Assembly (NCBI RefSeq): GCF_000002075.1
Contig: NW_004797759.1
Location: 287,037 to 351,036, forward strand
Source of the DNA: Aplysia californica
Lineage: Eukaryota
Direction of reading: 5' to 3'
DNA: 64,000 bases
Program-made: the position numbers and the translations under genes
In this document: piece after piece, positions 40,301-53,900 of the stretch
How positions within the stretch are numbered: the stretch's first letter is position 1
Layout of the letters: each line of letters starts with the position of its first letter
The notes under the pieces: generated by a model
Databases searched by the model: none
The model's input: only the letters and a program-made list of their open reading frames with translations
What the model was told of the DNA's origin: nothing

Positions 40301-42682
40301 TTATTATATGAAATGATAAAGTACAAGTCAAACTTACAAAAACTTGGCATCAGCTGAAATAGTACCAATTTGATGTGTTGATTTTCTTCCACATTGTCAG
40401 ATACCGTCAGTTAGATGCAAAGTCTGTGAGTGACTAAGGTGGGAAGTGAAATGTAATTTTCTTACTGTGCCTCCTCCTTGACGGAAAAAATGCCTACACG
40501 TAGTCTCCTTTTGAGCTGTTCAATGACTAAAAATTTTTCAGAAGCAATTTTCCAAGATTAAAAAATGTGAAGAAATGAAAAAGCTCTATCTTGAATGCCA
40601 AGTCATCGATTATTCTTTTTTGGTTACTTCCAGGTTGTATTTGAGGCTGTTCGAGGTAGCGGCTATATGGGTGACATTGCATTGGATGACATCAAACTCA
40701 ACACTGGAACATGCTCATCAGGTATGCTGTGAATTTGTTTTTTTAAAAGGATTGTTTTATGCCCTCATCAACACAATTTAAAGCAATTCGGTGTTTGGCA
40801 TTCAATTCAGTCATTGTACTTTCTTAAATTTATTGGTACCAGTAGGTTAGAAGCAGAAATTTTGTCTTAGCAGAAGTAAGGTCCTCGCCTCTAATTTTGC
40901 CAGGTTTTCCTCCCTTTTGAATCCAGGGTAGGGTTGTAGATGGAATAAAGTACAAAAAGCTCTCTTGGATGAGGAATAAAAACTTGCAGGTCCCTTGCAC
41001 ATTTGAAAATTGGAGAAAAACAGGGTTATAAAAGCTGGGTGCATGAGCAAAGTAAAAAAAAAACCTTAATCCCTCATATTAACCTCTTCACTGCTGAGTA
41101 GACGTATGTTCTGGCTTGTGTTCTCCACGTATGTTATTTCATCAGGCTGACCATAGAGATTTTAGTTGGTATAGTTACAGCTTATGATTTTTCTTATTCT
41201 GAAACAATCCTCTGTTTACATATTCCTTGAATTAACATTTTATCTTGTCTGTACAGATGTTGATGGAAACGTTTCAACAGTGAATGGGTTAAAGATTTAA
41301 AAGACATAAATAAAAATAGTTGTGCCAATGACTTTTGAACTGCCTGAAAGACTAACAAGCGTAACTTTAGTTGAAATACAAAATGCATTTTTGGATCAGA
41401 GTACTGTTTTTCATTTTTTTGGTCAATGTGGAGCGGTTTCATGTAACCCTATGAGGGAAACGGTAGGTAATGGCTTAGAAATTGATGGGGATGTGTACAC
41501 ATTTTTACCCCCTCAATCTAATGGATGTCCTGGGCACTCTGGAGTGAAAGGCAATGAGGAGGCTGATAGGCTGGCAGGCAGTGCCGTAGTTGATGGTGAG
41601 GTGAAATTTGACAACGGAGAAGTGTTGGAGACCCTGGAGAAAAAGTTGAGGGATGAAGAAGACAAGGAGACAGCATAACACCACGCAATCATTAAGATGC
41701 GGGAAATGGGGATAGAGAGGGGAGAAGGAAGAAAGGAACGATTATCTGGAAAGGAAAGACATCGCCATAATCAGACAGCCACTGGAACAATCAGTATGGA
41801 TACCTTGCGGGCTTTGGTGCTGGGGAGAACTGAGCACTTATGGACCTGTCCGGTGTGCAATGACGTTGTTGCCCAGGACAGGTAATACAGGTAACAGGTA
41901 ATGGATGCACTGCACTGTTATTACAACATAACTTTTACTTTCCCTCTGTTGTTTCTATCTGTCTGTCTTACTTTTTCCCACCACTAAACGACCATTATTG
42001 TGCTGATGTGCTTCTCTTTACTCAAACAAACAAACAAACAAACAAACAAACAAATAAACAAAAATTAATTTATTCAGGGGCACTGACATTACAAAATGAG
42101 CTCAGCTTGATGCTAACCTCATTTTTCTCTCTCTTTCTTCAGTTACTCCAAGTCCTGGTCCCTCTGGTGCTACAAATGTAGTCTGTACTTTCGAGAGTGA
42201 CCTGTGCTCTTTTAGACAGGACACAACGGATGATTTTGATTGGGTCAGGCATAATGGTGGAACTTCATCCTATGGCACTGGGCCATCCGCTGACCACACA
42301 AAAAACACTGCTTTCGGTAAGCTTACTTAACCCTATCCGCTCTTTGTGTTTTACTATCGTATCCGCACGACGTGGGGAACTCTGTGCCACCACTTTCCAA
42401 GAGGAAATTTACTCGTTAATCCAATCCGTACGCTTTGCATAGCAGTCTGTCAAAATGATTTTTTTGAGAAATACTGAAAGTTTTAAAGAGATCTTCATAC
42501 TAGAAGTATTCTAAAATATGAAGAATACAACCCCGGGGGTACAAAATGACCCCAGGGCGTACGGATTGGGTTAACAGTAAAAGCTGGCCAACCTTCTTTT
42601 CTTAGGTTGGAATCAGGCTGTCATGGCCATGAGAGGTTGTGAGTGAGATCACTCTTCTATCAGAACTTTAGTTGTGTGTGTT

Positions 42683-42742
<60 letters not shown>

Positions 42743-45700
42743 TGTGTTTGTGTTTTTGTGTGTGTGTGTGGGTGTGCCATGTCCAGGTCCTAAATTTTGA
42801 AGGACTATGGGACCCAGTCTTGGAGTTCTACTTTTTTAATGTTATGACAGTGCTGCATGTCTGCACTATACATGTAGGCTACACTCCTCATCAGGCTGGA
42901 GATTCTAATAATGGCTGTGCGTGGAGATTATGAAAGGGACTTGTCACTGGTGCCACTGGTATAATATAAATGTGAGTGTGGGTTTAGTATAGTTGACTCA
43001 CTTGAGTTATAGTTATTTTTCACCCAACAACCATTGCAGCCTGACAATTTGGGGGTATATTGAATTGTTGACCTCAAAAAGACTGAAAGCTATCATCATT
43101 TTAAAAAAGAAACAAAAGAAAGAAAGAAATGCTCTCATAGAAAAAGAAAGCTGTATCTAATTTGTCCAAATAGTTTTTATTTGATCAGTATTTAGAAATG
43201 GCAATGACTGGGGGTTATGCCATTTTTTTGTGTTCAAAATATAATAAAATCATCTATTGCAATATGTGGGGTGACTGATGTAGTCCGTTACAGCTCATAA
43301 GGTATCTCTTATAACTTTACCAAAATTGTAGTAAAATGAAACGAGTTGGTCAACTGTTGGCTTCCTGCTTCCCGTAGCTTGCAACCAAAAAACAGCTGAG
43401 AAATTGATCGATAAAGCTCATCCCTTATATATACATGGGATTAGGCCACCAGGCCGGCGGTGCGTCCCATAAATACTGAGGAATAGGCTCAAGAAAGTTA
43501 ATACAGCCACATAAAGCTTGCTGTTGAACGGATATATACTTACCGGCAAAAGTAATGTGAATTCACATGACACAAGAAGAGGAGAGTAAATTGAAGCAAT
43601 ATTTGTATTTAGAGAAACAGGTTTGAAGTGTCTCAAATTGCACAAAACAATGCTTGAGAGTTGGGGATTTGCTTGGGAACAGATTTTGTTATAAGTACCA
43701 GTCAGTATCTGGTATGGCCCCCTTTAGCATTGATGACAGCAGTGCATCGGAGGTGCATAGAGTGGACCAAGCGATTGATTTGGCAGTTGGGGACCTGAAC
43801 CCACCCCTGAAGAATAGCAGCACCCAGTTGTGCAGCTGTCCGGGGTATGGTCTGGAGTTGGTTGAGACGCCTCAGAAGGGTTTACATCTGGTGATTGGGG
43901 TGGGTGAGGCATGGTGGGTATGTTGTTCTGCACCAGGAACTGCTGAGTAGCACGTGCTGTATGAGGCTGGGCTTTTTCCTGCTGAAAGAGGTGGTTTTGA
44001 TGTCTCTGGAAAAATGAAGCAACATGAGGCTGCAGGACTTTGTTGATGTAGCTCTGTGCCGTCACTCTGTTGCCACGTCCAGGTCCTAAATTTTGGAAGA
44101 TTATGGGACCCAGTCTTTGATTAATACCGATTGCGTCCCATATCATCACGCTTTGACCTCTCCACCTCTCTATCTCATGATGTTTTATTAAGCTTTTTCC
44201 TGGCTTTAGTTTCTGCTTTCTGAATGTGTTGTGTCCATGTGAGACGCTTGTCAAAGATTATTCCAAGATACAAGGTACTTCTGTTAATTCTCTAACTTTG
44301 GGGGGGGGGGGGGGGGGGGGTGTCCAATGTGATGTTTTTAGGCTCAGCCTGGCGGAGAGTGAAGAGTGTAGCAGAAGACTTTTCTTTGTTTACGGTTACA
44401 CACCAGGTTTTTGTCCATGTAGTGATTCTGTCCAGTGCTAATTGCATGCGATATGTGGCAGTGGTGACAAATTCCTCAGAGCACCAAATAACCAGGTCGT
44501 CTGAATACAATGCAGCATGTATTCCTGTGAATGAAGCAATAAATTATACCTGTCACTATCCAGGTGATCCCCACCGCCCATGACTCCCCACCAAAATTTA
44601 CAAATCGCCCACTAGCGGATGTTATCACCAGGTTGGCAAGATTTGGCCTAGCCTCTCTGGGTTAGACTTTGGGGATTAGGTCACATGCAAGATTATGCTG
44701 ATGAAGCAAATCCCCCCTACAAATTACTAATTTGTAGTGAACAAATTATGCTTCTCCCCTGAACCTCTGTTTTTGATGGATGTACATCATTACCTCCCCC
44801 CCCAAAAAAAAACAACAACAAAAAAACAAAAACAAAAACACCAAACAAACCAAGAACTTATTAGCTTGAGGTCCTTCTGAAGAAGAGCCCATTCTAATAC
44901 ATTTTCAATCTGATATCTGATTTAGCAGAAATAATCATGGATGTTTCACTTTGTTTTTAGGCTACTACATGTATGCAGAGGCTTCATCCCCTCGAGTTTC
45001 TGGAGATAAAGCAAGACTGGAGAGTTCTACGATTCCAGCAAACCCTTCTAAATCTGTTTGCTTGAATTTCTGGTACAACATGCATGGAAATGGAATTGGT
45101 TCCCTCAACGTCTATGTCAAAAAAGGAGGAGTGATGGGAACTGCAGCCTGGACTCGTCATGGTCAGAAAATTGAATGCTCTGTTAAGCTATTCTTTGGCC
45201 TAAAAGTCAATTTTGTGGAGCATTATGACTTGCTGTATTCCCAGTTTAATGAGTTTGCCGTTTATCTTACTGTCTTCTTTTCATTTTGTTCAAAGTATCG
45301 TCCACTCCTTCCTATATATTATTTGGCATATAAGCCAATTTTGTGGAGCATTATGACTTGCTGTATTCCCAGTTGAATGAGTTTGCCGTTTATCTTACTG
45401 TCTTCTTTTCATTTTGTTCAAAGTATCGTCCACTCCTTCCTATATATTATTTGGCATAAAAGCAAATTTTGAGGAGCAATATGACCTGCTGTATTCCCAG
45501 TTTAATGAGTTTGCATTTTATCTTACTGCCTTATTTTCTTTCTCTACAAAGTGTCTTCCTCTACTTCTTCATTTTTTTGGTACCAATCTGCTTTCAAGAT
45601 TGTTTAAGCCGCTCTGTGTCTGTTTTGTTTTAAATACTCTGACCGGATGTGTTGCAGGAGGCTGACACTGGTAAATCCTACTTTTCTGTTAACCTTTTAC

Positions 45701-48700
45701 TATCAATATGTTGTTTTTAATTGGTCTTGCTTTTTCTTAGCACTAAAGGACTTTTTTATGTTAATGTGCTGATGTGCTTCTTTTTACTCAAAACTAAGCA
45801 CGAAATTAAAAAAAATTTTTTTACTGTTCACTTGCTGGATTTGAACAATTTTTTAAAAAGTGCTGTGCACCACACATGAAAGACTTTCTGCTTCACAATA
45901 TTTTCTGTTGAGAAATGATTTTTGCTGTTTCTGTGTGAATATATTCGAGGTTGATGTATGTTGCATATGCATTCTTATTTCTGTGTGTGACNNNNNNNNN
46001 NNNNNNNNNNNNNNNNNNNNNNNNNNNNNNNNNNNNNNNNNNNNNNNNNNNNNNNNNNNNNNNNNNNNNNNNNNNNNNNNNNNNNNNNNNNNNNNNNNNN
46101 NNNNNNNNNNNNNNNNNNNNNNNNNNNNNNNNNNNNNNNNNNNNNNNNNNNNNNNNCAACTTGTTTTTTCTATTTGGCTTAACTCCTTTCATTTCCATTT
46201 AAAAGCACATTTCTGTTTTGAGTTTACTGAAAAACTTTGATCAGAGGTACAAGAAAAATTTGGAGTTTTCAAGGACACTACAACTTTGGATGTCATCAAA
46301 CTTTGGGGCCATTTTCTTGCTAGATTTACTTCTAACACCGGCCAATCCCCTCCTCTTCATTCACAATAATAATAATAATAATAGATAGCATTTGTATACC
46401 GCATATCCCCGCTCAACAGCAGGCTCTATGCGCTTTACACTATATTATTACCCCAGCAGACCATAGTACACTCCGAAACATTCTCAGCTTCCTGGGAAGC
46501 ATACAGTGCGAGCAGCCGATTAAGCGCTCAAACACTAACAAACTGACAAGATCTTTCGCTGTCTATAGCCGGGTACCCATTCCCACCTGGGTGAAGTGAG
46601 GAAAATTCGTGTAAAGTGCCTTTCCCAAGGACACAACGTCGGGCCCTTGATGGGATTCGAACCCACGACCTTACGGTTGCGAGTCCGAGAGCCTAACCAC
46701 TAGGCCACCGACGCCACATAATCTTGACTTCTATTCAAAAGAGAAGGGTATTTTTTTTCCCCAAAGGATTGGCAGGTGAACAGGTTTTAAGACCACTCAT
46801 TGCTCCATGTGCCGAACAATTGATGAGCACCTTATTCCTCTGCGTTGTGATACAAATTTTTACTCATGATTGATTTATACAGATAAAATGTATTCGGTCA
46901 GTATTTCCATGAAGAGGTACATGAGTGTATTCGAAATGTTTAGGTGCTCACACTTTCGCTTTCCTTGTTAGCAGCACAGGCATCATCATCAATGCCTTTC
47001 ACCCCTGGCAGGGTATAGGCCACATACAAGCTCCTTCCATTTATCTCTATCCTGGGCCATCCTTCCAAGCTCGTTCCTAGTGAGCTTCCCCTCTCTCATG
47101 TCCCTTTCCACACATCTCCATATCTCTTGTGGCCTACCCCTGCCTCGTGGCATCACCCACTGTTTATTTTGCTTTACACAGATCATCAAGGCGCCGACTG
47201 GAAAGAGGCTTCGGTGAGCATTCCGTCCAGCAATGCTCCGTTCACAATTGTGTTTGAGGCAGTGAGAGGCTCATCTGCTTATGGCGACATTGCCATTGAT
47301 GATGTACTAGTGTCCGATACAAGCTGTGCTCACCCAGGTAAATCCTCTGTTATTTTAAAAAAATTTTTTTTTCTGTTCACTTACTAGATTTGAACAATTT
47401 TTTAAATTAAAAAAAAACAAACATTTTAAGTACTGTGCACCACACGTGAAAAACTTTCTGCTTCACAATAATTTCAGTGTTGGGCAAGGGAGGTACTATT
47501 TTCTGTTGAGAATTGATTTCTGCAGTTTCTGTGTGAATATATTGGAGATTGATGTATGTTGCATATGCACTCTTATTTCTGTGTGTGATCCTCAGACCTT
47601 AAGATCATAATAATAATAAAAATAAAGATAGATTGCATTTATATAGCGGTCTATATCATACGAGTTTAAGCTCTGAGCGCTTTTCATTGATAACATTTTC
47701 ACTGAGCATAATACTTCATTCACAAAAGATGAAACATTTCACAGTAACAAAAAAATCAGTTCGACCACATAAAGAGGAACTTTCACAATCATGCATTAAT
47801 TATATACATGCAAGGACAGCAGTAACAAAACATATCAGCACTTACTAATACTCTGCAACTAAAAATTAAGCAAATGAGTTGAGCAATCACTTAAATGTAT
47901 CTAGATTTGTTATTTCTTTGAGGTCCTGGGGCAAGGAGTTCCTGATTTAAGGGCCAAAAAATTTGAAAATTCTCTCACCAAAAGAGCTGTAAGCCTTGTA
48001 AGCTTTTCCCTACCTAGAAGTTCTGTAGTGGAGTTTTCTTATCCTACATAGAGATGGTCAGCCATGAGAGGAGCTGTATGGACCGGTTTTCTTGATACTA
48101 TTGTAGAGACTTGACAGAACATCGAGTTGTGAACTAAGTAGAGACAAATTAAAGTTTATTCATAAGCGCCTTATATACACATGTGCTCATTAACAATAAT
48201 ACAACACTGTTTTAACTGGACTACTTTTCTTGCAAGTGTCGTGTGACTAAGTCACTACACTATCAAGGTGTAGAGGGAGGAAATAAAAATTCTGAGGTTT
48301 TAAATTTGCTTCGGTCAAAGGTTTATCATTGATTACAGTGAAGATTTTAGAGTCTTTATTTGCTGTGCAAATCTCATTGTTTTTGTCATGTAATAGGCGG
48401 TACCCATAGGATGATCAGTTTGATTAATTGGTCTCTGATGGCTTCAGTGTAAATTAACTGATCACGTGACTCACGGCCTTGAAAACAAAAGCATCTGTTT
48501 TCGAAAGCCATTGTCGGTTTAGTTCAGTTGGTACCGATTATAGTACCTTTTGCTCCTTCATGGAGGAAAATATGGCTAGCCCCGATGACCAGACCAAACC
48601 GAAACAAGCCAAACCAATCCTGCCAATGGGCACCACATCAAAGATCAAAGTGATTTCTCATCTAGGACAATCAGGTACCCTCTCTTCTGACTTGTGAGGA

Positions 48701-49945
48701 TTCGAGCCTTTGCAGATCTAAAAGATTGGTGTCAATTAAAGTGCTGAGAGGAGGATCAAAACAGTTGAGCTAAAAATGTATTCTATCAAGTTGTCACTGC
48801 TGCTTTATATCATTTAAAGAAAACATCTTTTTGTGGAAGGCGGGGGACAATTAGAATTATTCTTTTACTTTTTTAGCTTTTATTAGAAAAGTGAGGTATC
48901 TTTTGACTGGCTCAATCTGTGTTATTCTCACAGGCAACTGCAACTTTGACACTGGCTATTGTTCATGGACCAATGATGTTGTTCATGATCAGTTTGATTG
49001 GCAGAGGACCAGCAGAACGACTGGGTCCTATAACACGGGGCCAGTGAATGACCACACGTTGAAGAATTCCTCAGGTGAGGTGAACGTTTTCAAAAGATGT
49101 ATGTTCTCCTTCAGAATGCTGTTTTTGGGCTGACTTTCAAATTTTGGAGATGTGTGTTTTCCCCATCTCAGGGGGTTACATCTTTAAAGAGTTAAAAATG
49201 TGTTCTTATTGCTGCTGTCATGAACTGAATTGTCATTCTGTGCTGAAGCATAGGTAAAAGTAAAGTTAACATGAATGTTATGTCACTGTCGAAGACTTCG
49301 ACCTGTCTAAGACAACCATTTTTCTCCTCAGGAATGAACGGTCATCTTAGACAATTTTGACTGTATATCAAAGCTTTGCCTTGTAAAACTTTCAACTCTT
49401 TTCTTCTATTCGTTGTAATAATCTGTATTATAGTTTGGTAATACTGATGACCGTAAATCTCAGTGTAAATATTTACTTGCTAATGTTCGAGATACAGGCA
49501 TTTTGAATGCGAAATGGCACTGTAGTTCCATTAACTTTTGTCACTGTCATAACACTCTCATATTGGTACATTTTTTCAGGTCAGTATGTGTTCATCGATG
49601 CTTCGAGTCCTCGTGTGCAAGGTGACACTGCTAGATTTGTGAGTCAGGACCTGAACTCTACCTTACCCTCTTGCTTGCACTTTTGGTACAATATGCATGG
49701 CAACACTATCGGTACTTTGAACGTATGGGTGTCTCAGTACAGTGATGGTAGCCTCTTGCCTATCTGGTCACTCCAAGGACAACAGGGGACGGACTGGCTT
49801 CCCGCTTCAGCCAAGATCCCACCTCAGACTGATAGCTACCAGGTAAGATTAATAAGATAAGATAAGATAAGATACATCTTTATTGTCCAGATCCTGGCAC
49901 ATTGGTTTGGTGTTCCACCACGAGTACACACACACACACACACAT

Positions 49946-49985
<40 letters not shown>

Positions 49986-50955
49986 ACATGTACACACGTG
50001 CACGCACATGACCACAAGTAGGCTTACAATCACATACATAATGTAAATGAGCAGCAATATAAACAATAATAATCGTAAGCTAGATACACACAATGTGATA
50101 TGTGAAGTGTGCTGGCAAAAGGAGCTACTTCTCAGATTCAAGTCTCATGTAAATACATCACGCTTATAGGTGAAGCTTTTACAATTTATGAGTATAAAAT
50201 AATGAAAGGCATGGTATAGTTTAAAAATATGGCATAAATAGAAAATCTACAAATTTGACCCAAGTGTCGATTTTTGGCCAATGTCTCAATTTGACCCAAG
50301 TGTTGATTTTTGGCCAATATCTCCATATGTGGATTGTGAGAAGCAACTAATTTTGTCAGCACACCTCACATATGTAGGCCTGCAATGTGTGTTTGGTGCA
50401 TCTATAATAATTTGAAGCTGTAGACGTTTTACCACACACCCACTGACCACAATTTAGATAATTTAGGCTGCTCATTTTAAGATGGGCTGCTTCAGCCCTG
50501 TCTGTCAGGGTCAGCCAGAGTAAAGAGGAATAGAGGGAGGGAAGGTTTGGATGAGGAGGAGGAGGAGGAGGAGGAGAATGACACACGTCCACAGAATTCT
50601 TGGCTCTTTGGGCGAGCCAGCCAAGTACATGTCATGTTGTTCTCAAACGCAATGTTGTGTTTTTTTATAACCTGTAACTATAACTTAGGGGAAGTGCAAA
50701 TTTTAGTTTCTTCAACTGACTGTATCAAACCACAGTGTTCACTTTACACATAATGATGACTCATAGCCATGACACTGAATCCACACTCATCTCTCACACA
50801 GGTGAGAAGCATTGGTAAAACTAAACCCACTGGGTTTTTCTTGTCTCTTTTTGCAGGTGATATTTGAAGGCAAAAGAGGAAGCAATTGGGATGGAGACAT
50901 CGCACTTGATGATATCACATTTGATGGTGCTGCTTCTTGCGATGGTACGTGTGCG

Positions 50956-50998
<43 letters not shown>

Positions 50999-53900
50999 AT
51001 GTGTGCGTGTATGCATGTGTGCATGCGTGCATGCGTGCATGTGTGAGAGAGTTGGTGTGTATGGATGTCGGTGCGCATGCATGTGTATACATGAAGGGGT
51101 GTGTATATATATGTGTGTGTGTGTGTGCATGCGTGCATGCCAATGTGCCAATGTCTGGACAATAAAAAGATTTATCTAACCTTATCTTAAATGATGCCTT
51201 GAACCTTCCCATGACAACCAATATAAACAGTTTTGTTAAATAATTTCAAAAGTGTTCATCCCTATGTCGGATAGTGAAAATATAAATATATTTATTGAAT
51301 AATTTCAGAAGTGTTCATCATTATGTCAGGTAGTGAAAATATAAACATTTTTATTAAATAATTTCAAAAGTGTTCATCGAATTAAAACTTACTTAATTTT
51401 GAAACTGATGAGTGGTAGGAGAAGCCCAGGATAATCAATTGATTTTGTTACGAGTTTCTGAGCAGAGAAATAAGTGGTGAACCATGATCTCCGATGTCTG
51501 TTTCAGATTTTGCACTTGAAGATGAAAAGTATTTGCTGTTCGGATTGTATTGTTTATAAGACTGTCAGCTCATTTCCTGGATGTCTGATCTCCGGTCCTA
51601 AAATTCTCTTGAAAAAACGGCTCGCTAAAATTTGCACTGTTCTCCTACAGATAAACGGTTTAGAGCTATGGTGGATATTCATCAGTGTACAAGTATGTTT
51701 GAGCAGTGTGTAATTTTTTTAGTGGAAGTTTTCTCTCTACATGGATTGTGCATGTGTACGATATACATTATGTGATTTTTTTTTATTGGGTTGCACATTG
51801 AATATCTATCTCTTGGGGATGAAAATGGACAATACAAGTGTGATTTATTGTTATCTTATTATCATAAAAGCCTATTTAAGATACTGGAACTGTCATTGCA
51901 ATGACCAATCTGCTGTATTGAGATTAGTTTTTCAATATAGCTGCTACCAAAGAAAGTAAGACAGTCGAAGTAGTCCGAGATGGCCATCTATCGTCGAGAA
52001 GGAAAGTGGTTGTCTTAAAGAGGTGGACATCTTCGACAGGATCGCTATGATAAATGTGGCATCATGATGAAATCAGGTGCTCATCAAATTAATGAAAAAG
52101 AAGAAATGGACACTTTGCCGCTTAACTTTTCCAGAAAATTTGATTCATTGGTTGCGATGGATTTTTTTTCAGTGTCCCCTACAAAGGCAAGGCCAACTTT
52201 TGGTGCTGTGACCCTTCCCCCTAACCTGGTCAATTCAAGCCCAACATCAAGCACCACTGGAAAACCGTCTTCCACTCCTTCAGGTAATGACATTTTTTGG
52301 TTATTCCCATGACCCTGACCTTTATTCTTTTAGACTTTCTTAAATAAGCCCTCAACAATCGTCGTGTTGGACTGTCCTGGGCTGATATAATTAGTTGCTG
52401 GAACATTTAATATGACGACATACTCGTTTATGCTTTTTTGTATGAAGCTGTTCCATTATATTCAGAAGTACGACTTTCATTTTCCACCATTTTCAATTCC
52501 TTTGTAATGTTTGAAGGGGCCAAAATATTGATAAATGACACCAACGTTTTTGTTTACAAAATTGACCCAGATTACATCCCAAATGTTATAATATAGTAAT
52601 GGTTTATCATTTGAGACTAAAAGAAGTCGACATTTTCGACATTTATCCCCCAAAAAGTGGTTTTTGGTGCACCTCGGTGCAATTTTAAATATGACGAATA
52701 GGAAGAAGGTCTTGAAAGGTCCTCTCAGTTCAAAAACCAAAAGCCTGTGCACATAATGTTCCTCATTTAATGTACTTTCAGAAAATGTACAGGTTTTTGG
52801 AAGCAAAGTTCTATTTTATAAATAGTTTGAGCAACCATTTGATCAATAGGGACATTTTATGGTTGGCTGAGAATATTCTGGCTACTGGAAACCATATAAC
52901 AGGTCAAAAATGTCACAGTACAGTAACAGATAATTTTCTGAGAGGCCTATAGTTTTTCTGAAAAAAAGCAAAGCAACTGGATCTTGACCATCTCTGATAC
53001 TAGGTACCAGAAACTAAATTTTCAAAGTAGCTATATGCCAAATGAATCCGTTCCGTATGAAAGGCCAATATCTCCTGAGAATTGTAATGCCTTTCTTTAA
53101 CATCTCAGTTGATTTTAAGAAAATGGTAGCTTTTTAAAATTTGGTCAAATTTGTTAAAGTCGCTCACTGGCTGCAACCCCATGTTTGACAGATAATAGAA
53201 GGGTACCAGGTTCACCAAACATCTCCACATTAATGAGTACAATAACTATAACATAGATATGGAGCCTAATTTTTTTAAAGACTGTAAGATCATTACAAAT
53301 CAGTATTTTATCGCCACAAACACGATGATCTGTCATTATTTCAACAAAAACACTGAGCGTTGACCCAGCCGGCACCCCCCCCCCCCCCTTGCGGCGAGCG
53401 TGTGGGACCACATGCTGTTGTGTACCGAGGGCTCCCCGTGTGGGACCACATGCTTTCTGGGTTTCGCGGAAGGATTGATGAAAAATTGTACCAAGACGAT
53501 TACTTTATTCTAATAGAAAATAAACTGATCTTTCTTCTGATATCTTTTTTGAGCCGGTATTTTACATATTTCGTGTAAAAAATGATCTTTAAAAACTTTG
53601 ACAGCATTTTTAAAGGCTTTCTATTTAAACACCAAAAATATACCATGGGAAAGCCCATTCAAAGCTCTACAGTTCTCCGCCAATGAAAAGACGGTATTTG
53701 ATCATGAATCTTTCCGAGAAGCATTTGAATGCATGTGTGTCACTTTTTGAACCGGCCGACTACGCATTCCGACCACGAGGGGCTTCGCTTTCCTCGGCGA
53801 TTCTCCAGCACCATTGTAATGAGGAAAAGCAGAACTTTGACAGGGTGTACAGCATTTGGTGTTTTATAGCGAAAGAGCAAAGAAACAGTGATCTGAATTA

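Noticed and set aside
41322-41885. Host RNase H gene
   Set aside because: 5'-truncated with an in-frame stop, tandem tail and TSD, so it is a retrotransposon fragment.
45190-45570. CRISPR-like array
   Set aside because: Whole ~128-bp units repeat with no unique spacers; eukaryotic intron with no cas genes.
51650-51692. Third hammerhead candidate (minus strand CTGATGA...TAAACCGTT)
   Set aside because: Stem II and GAAA are too degenerate to support.
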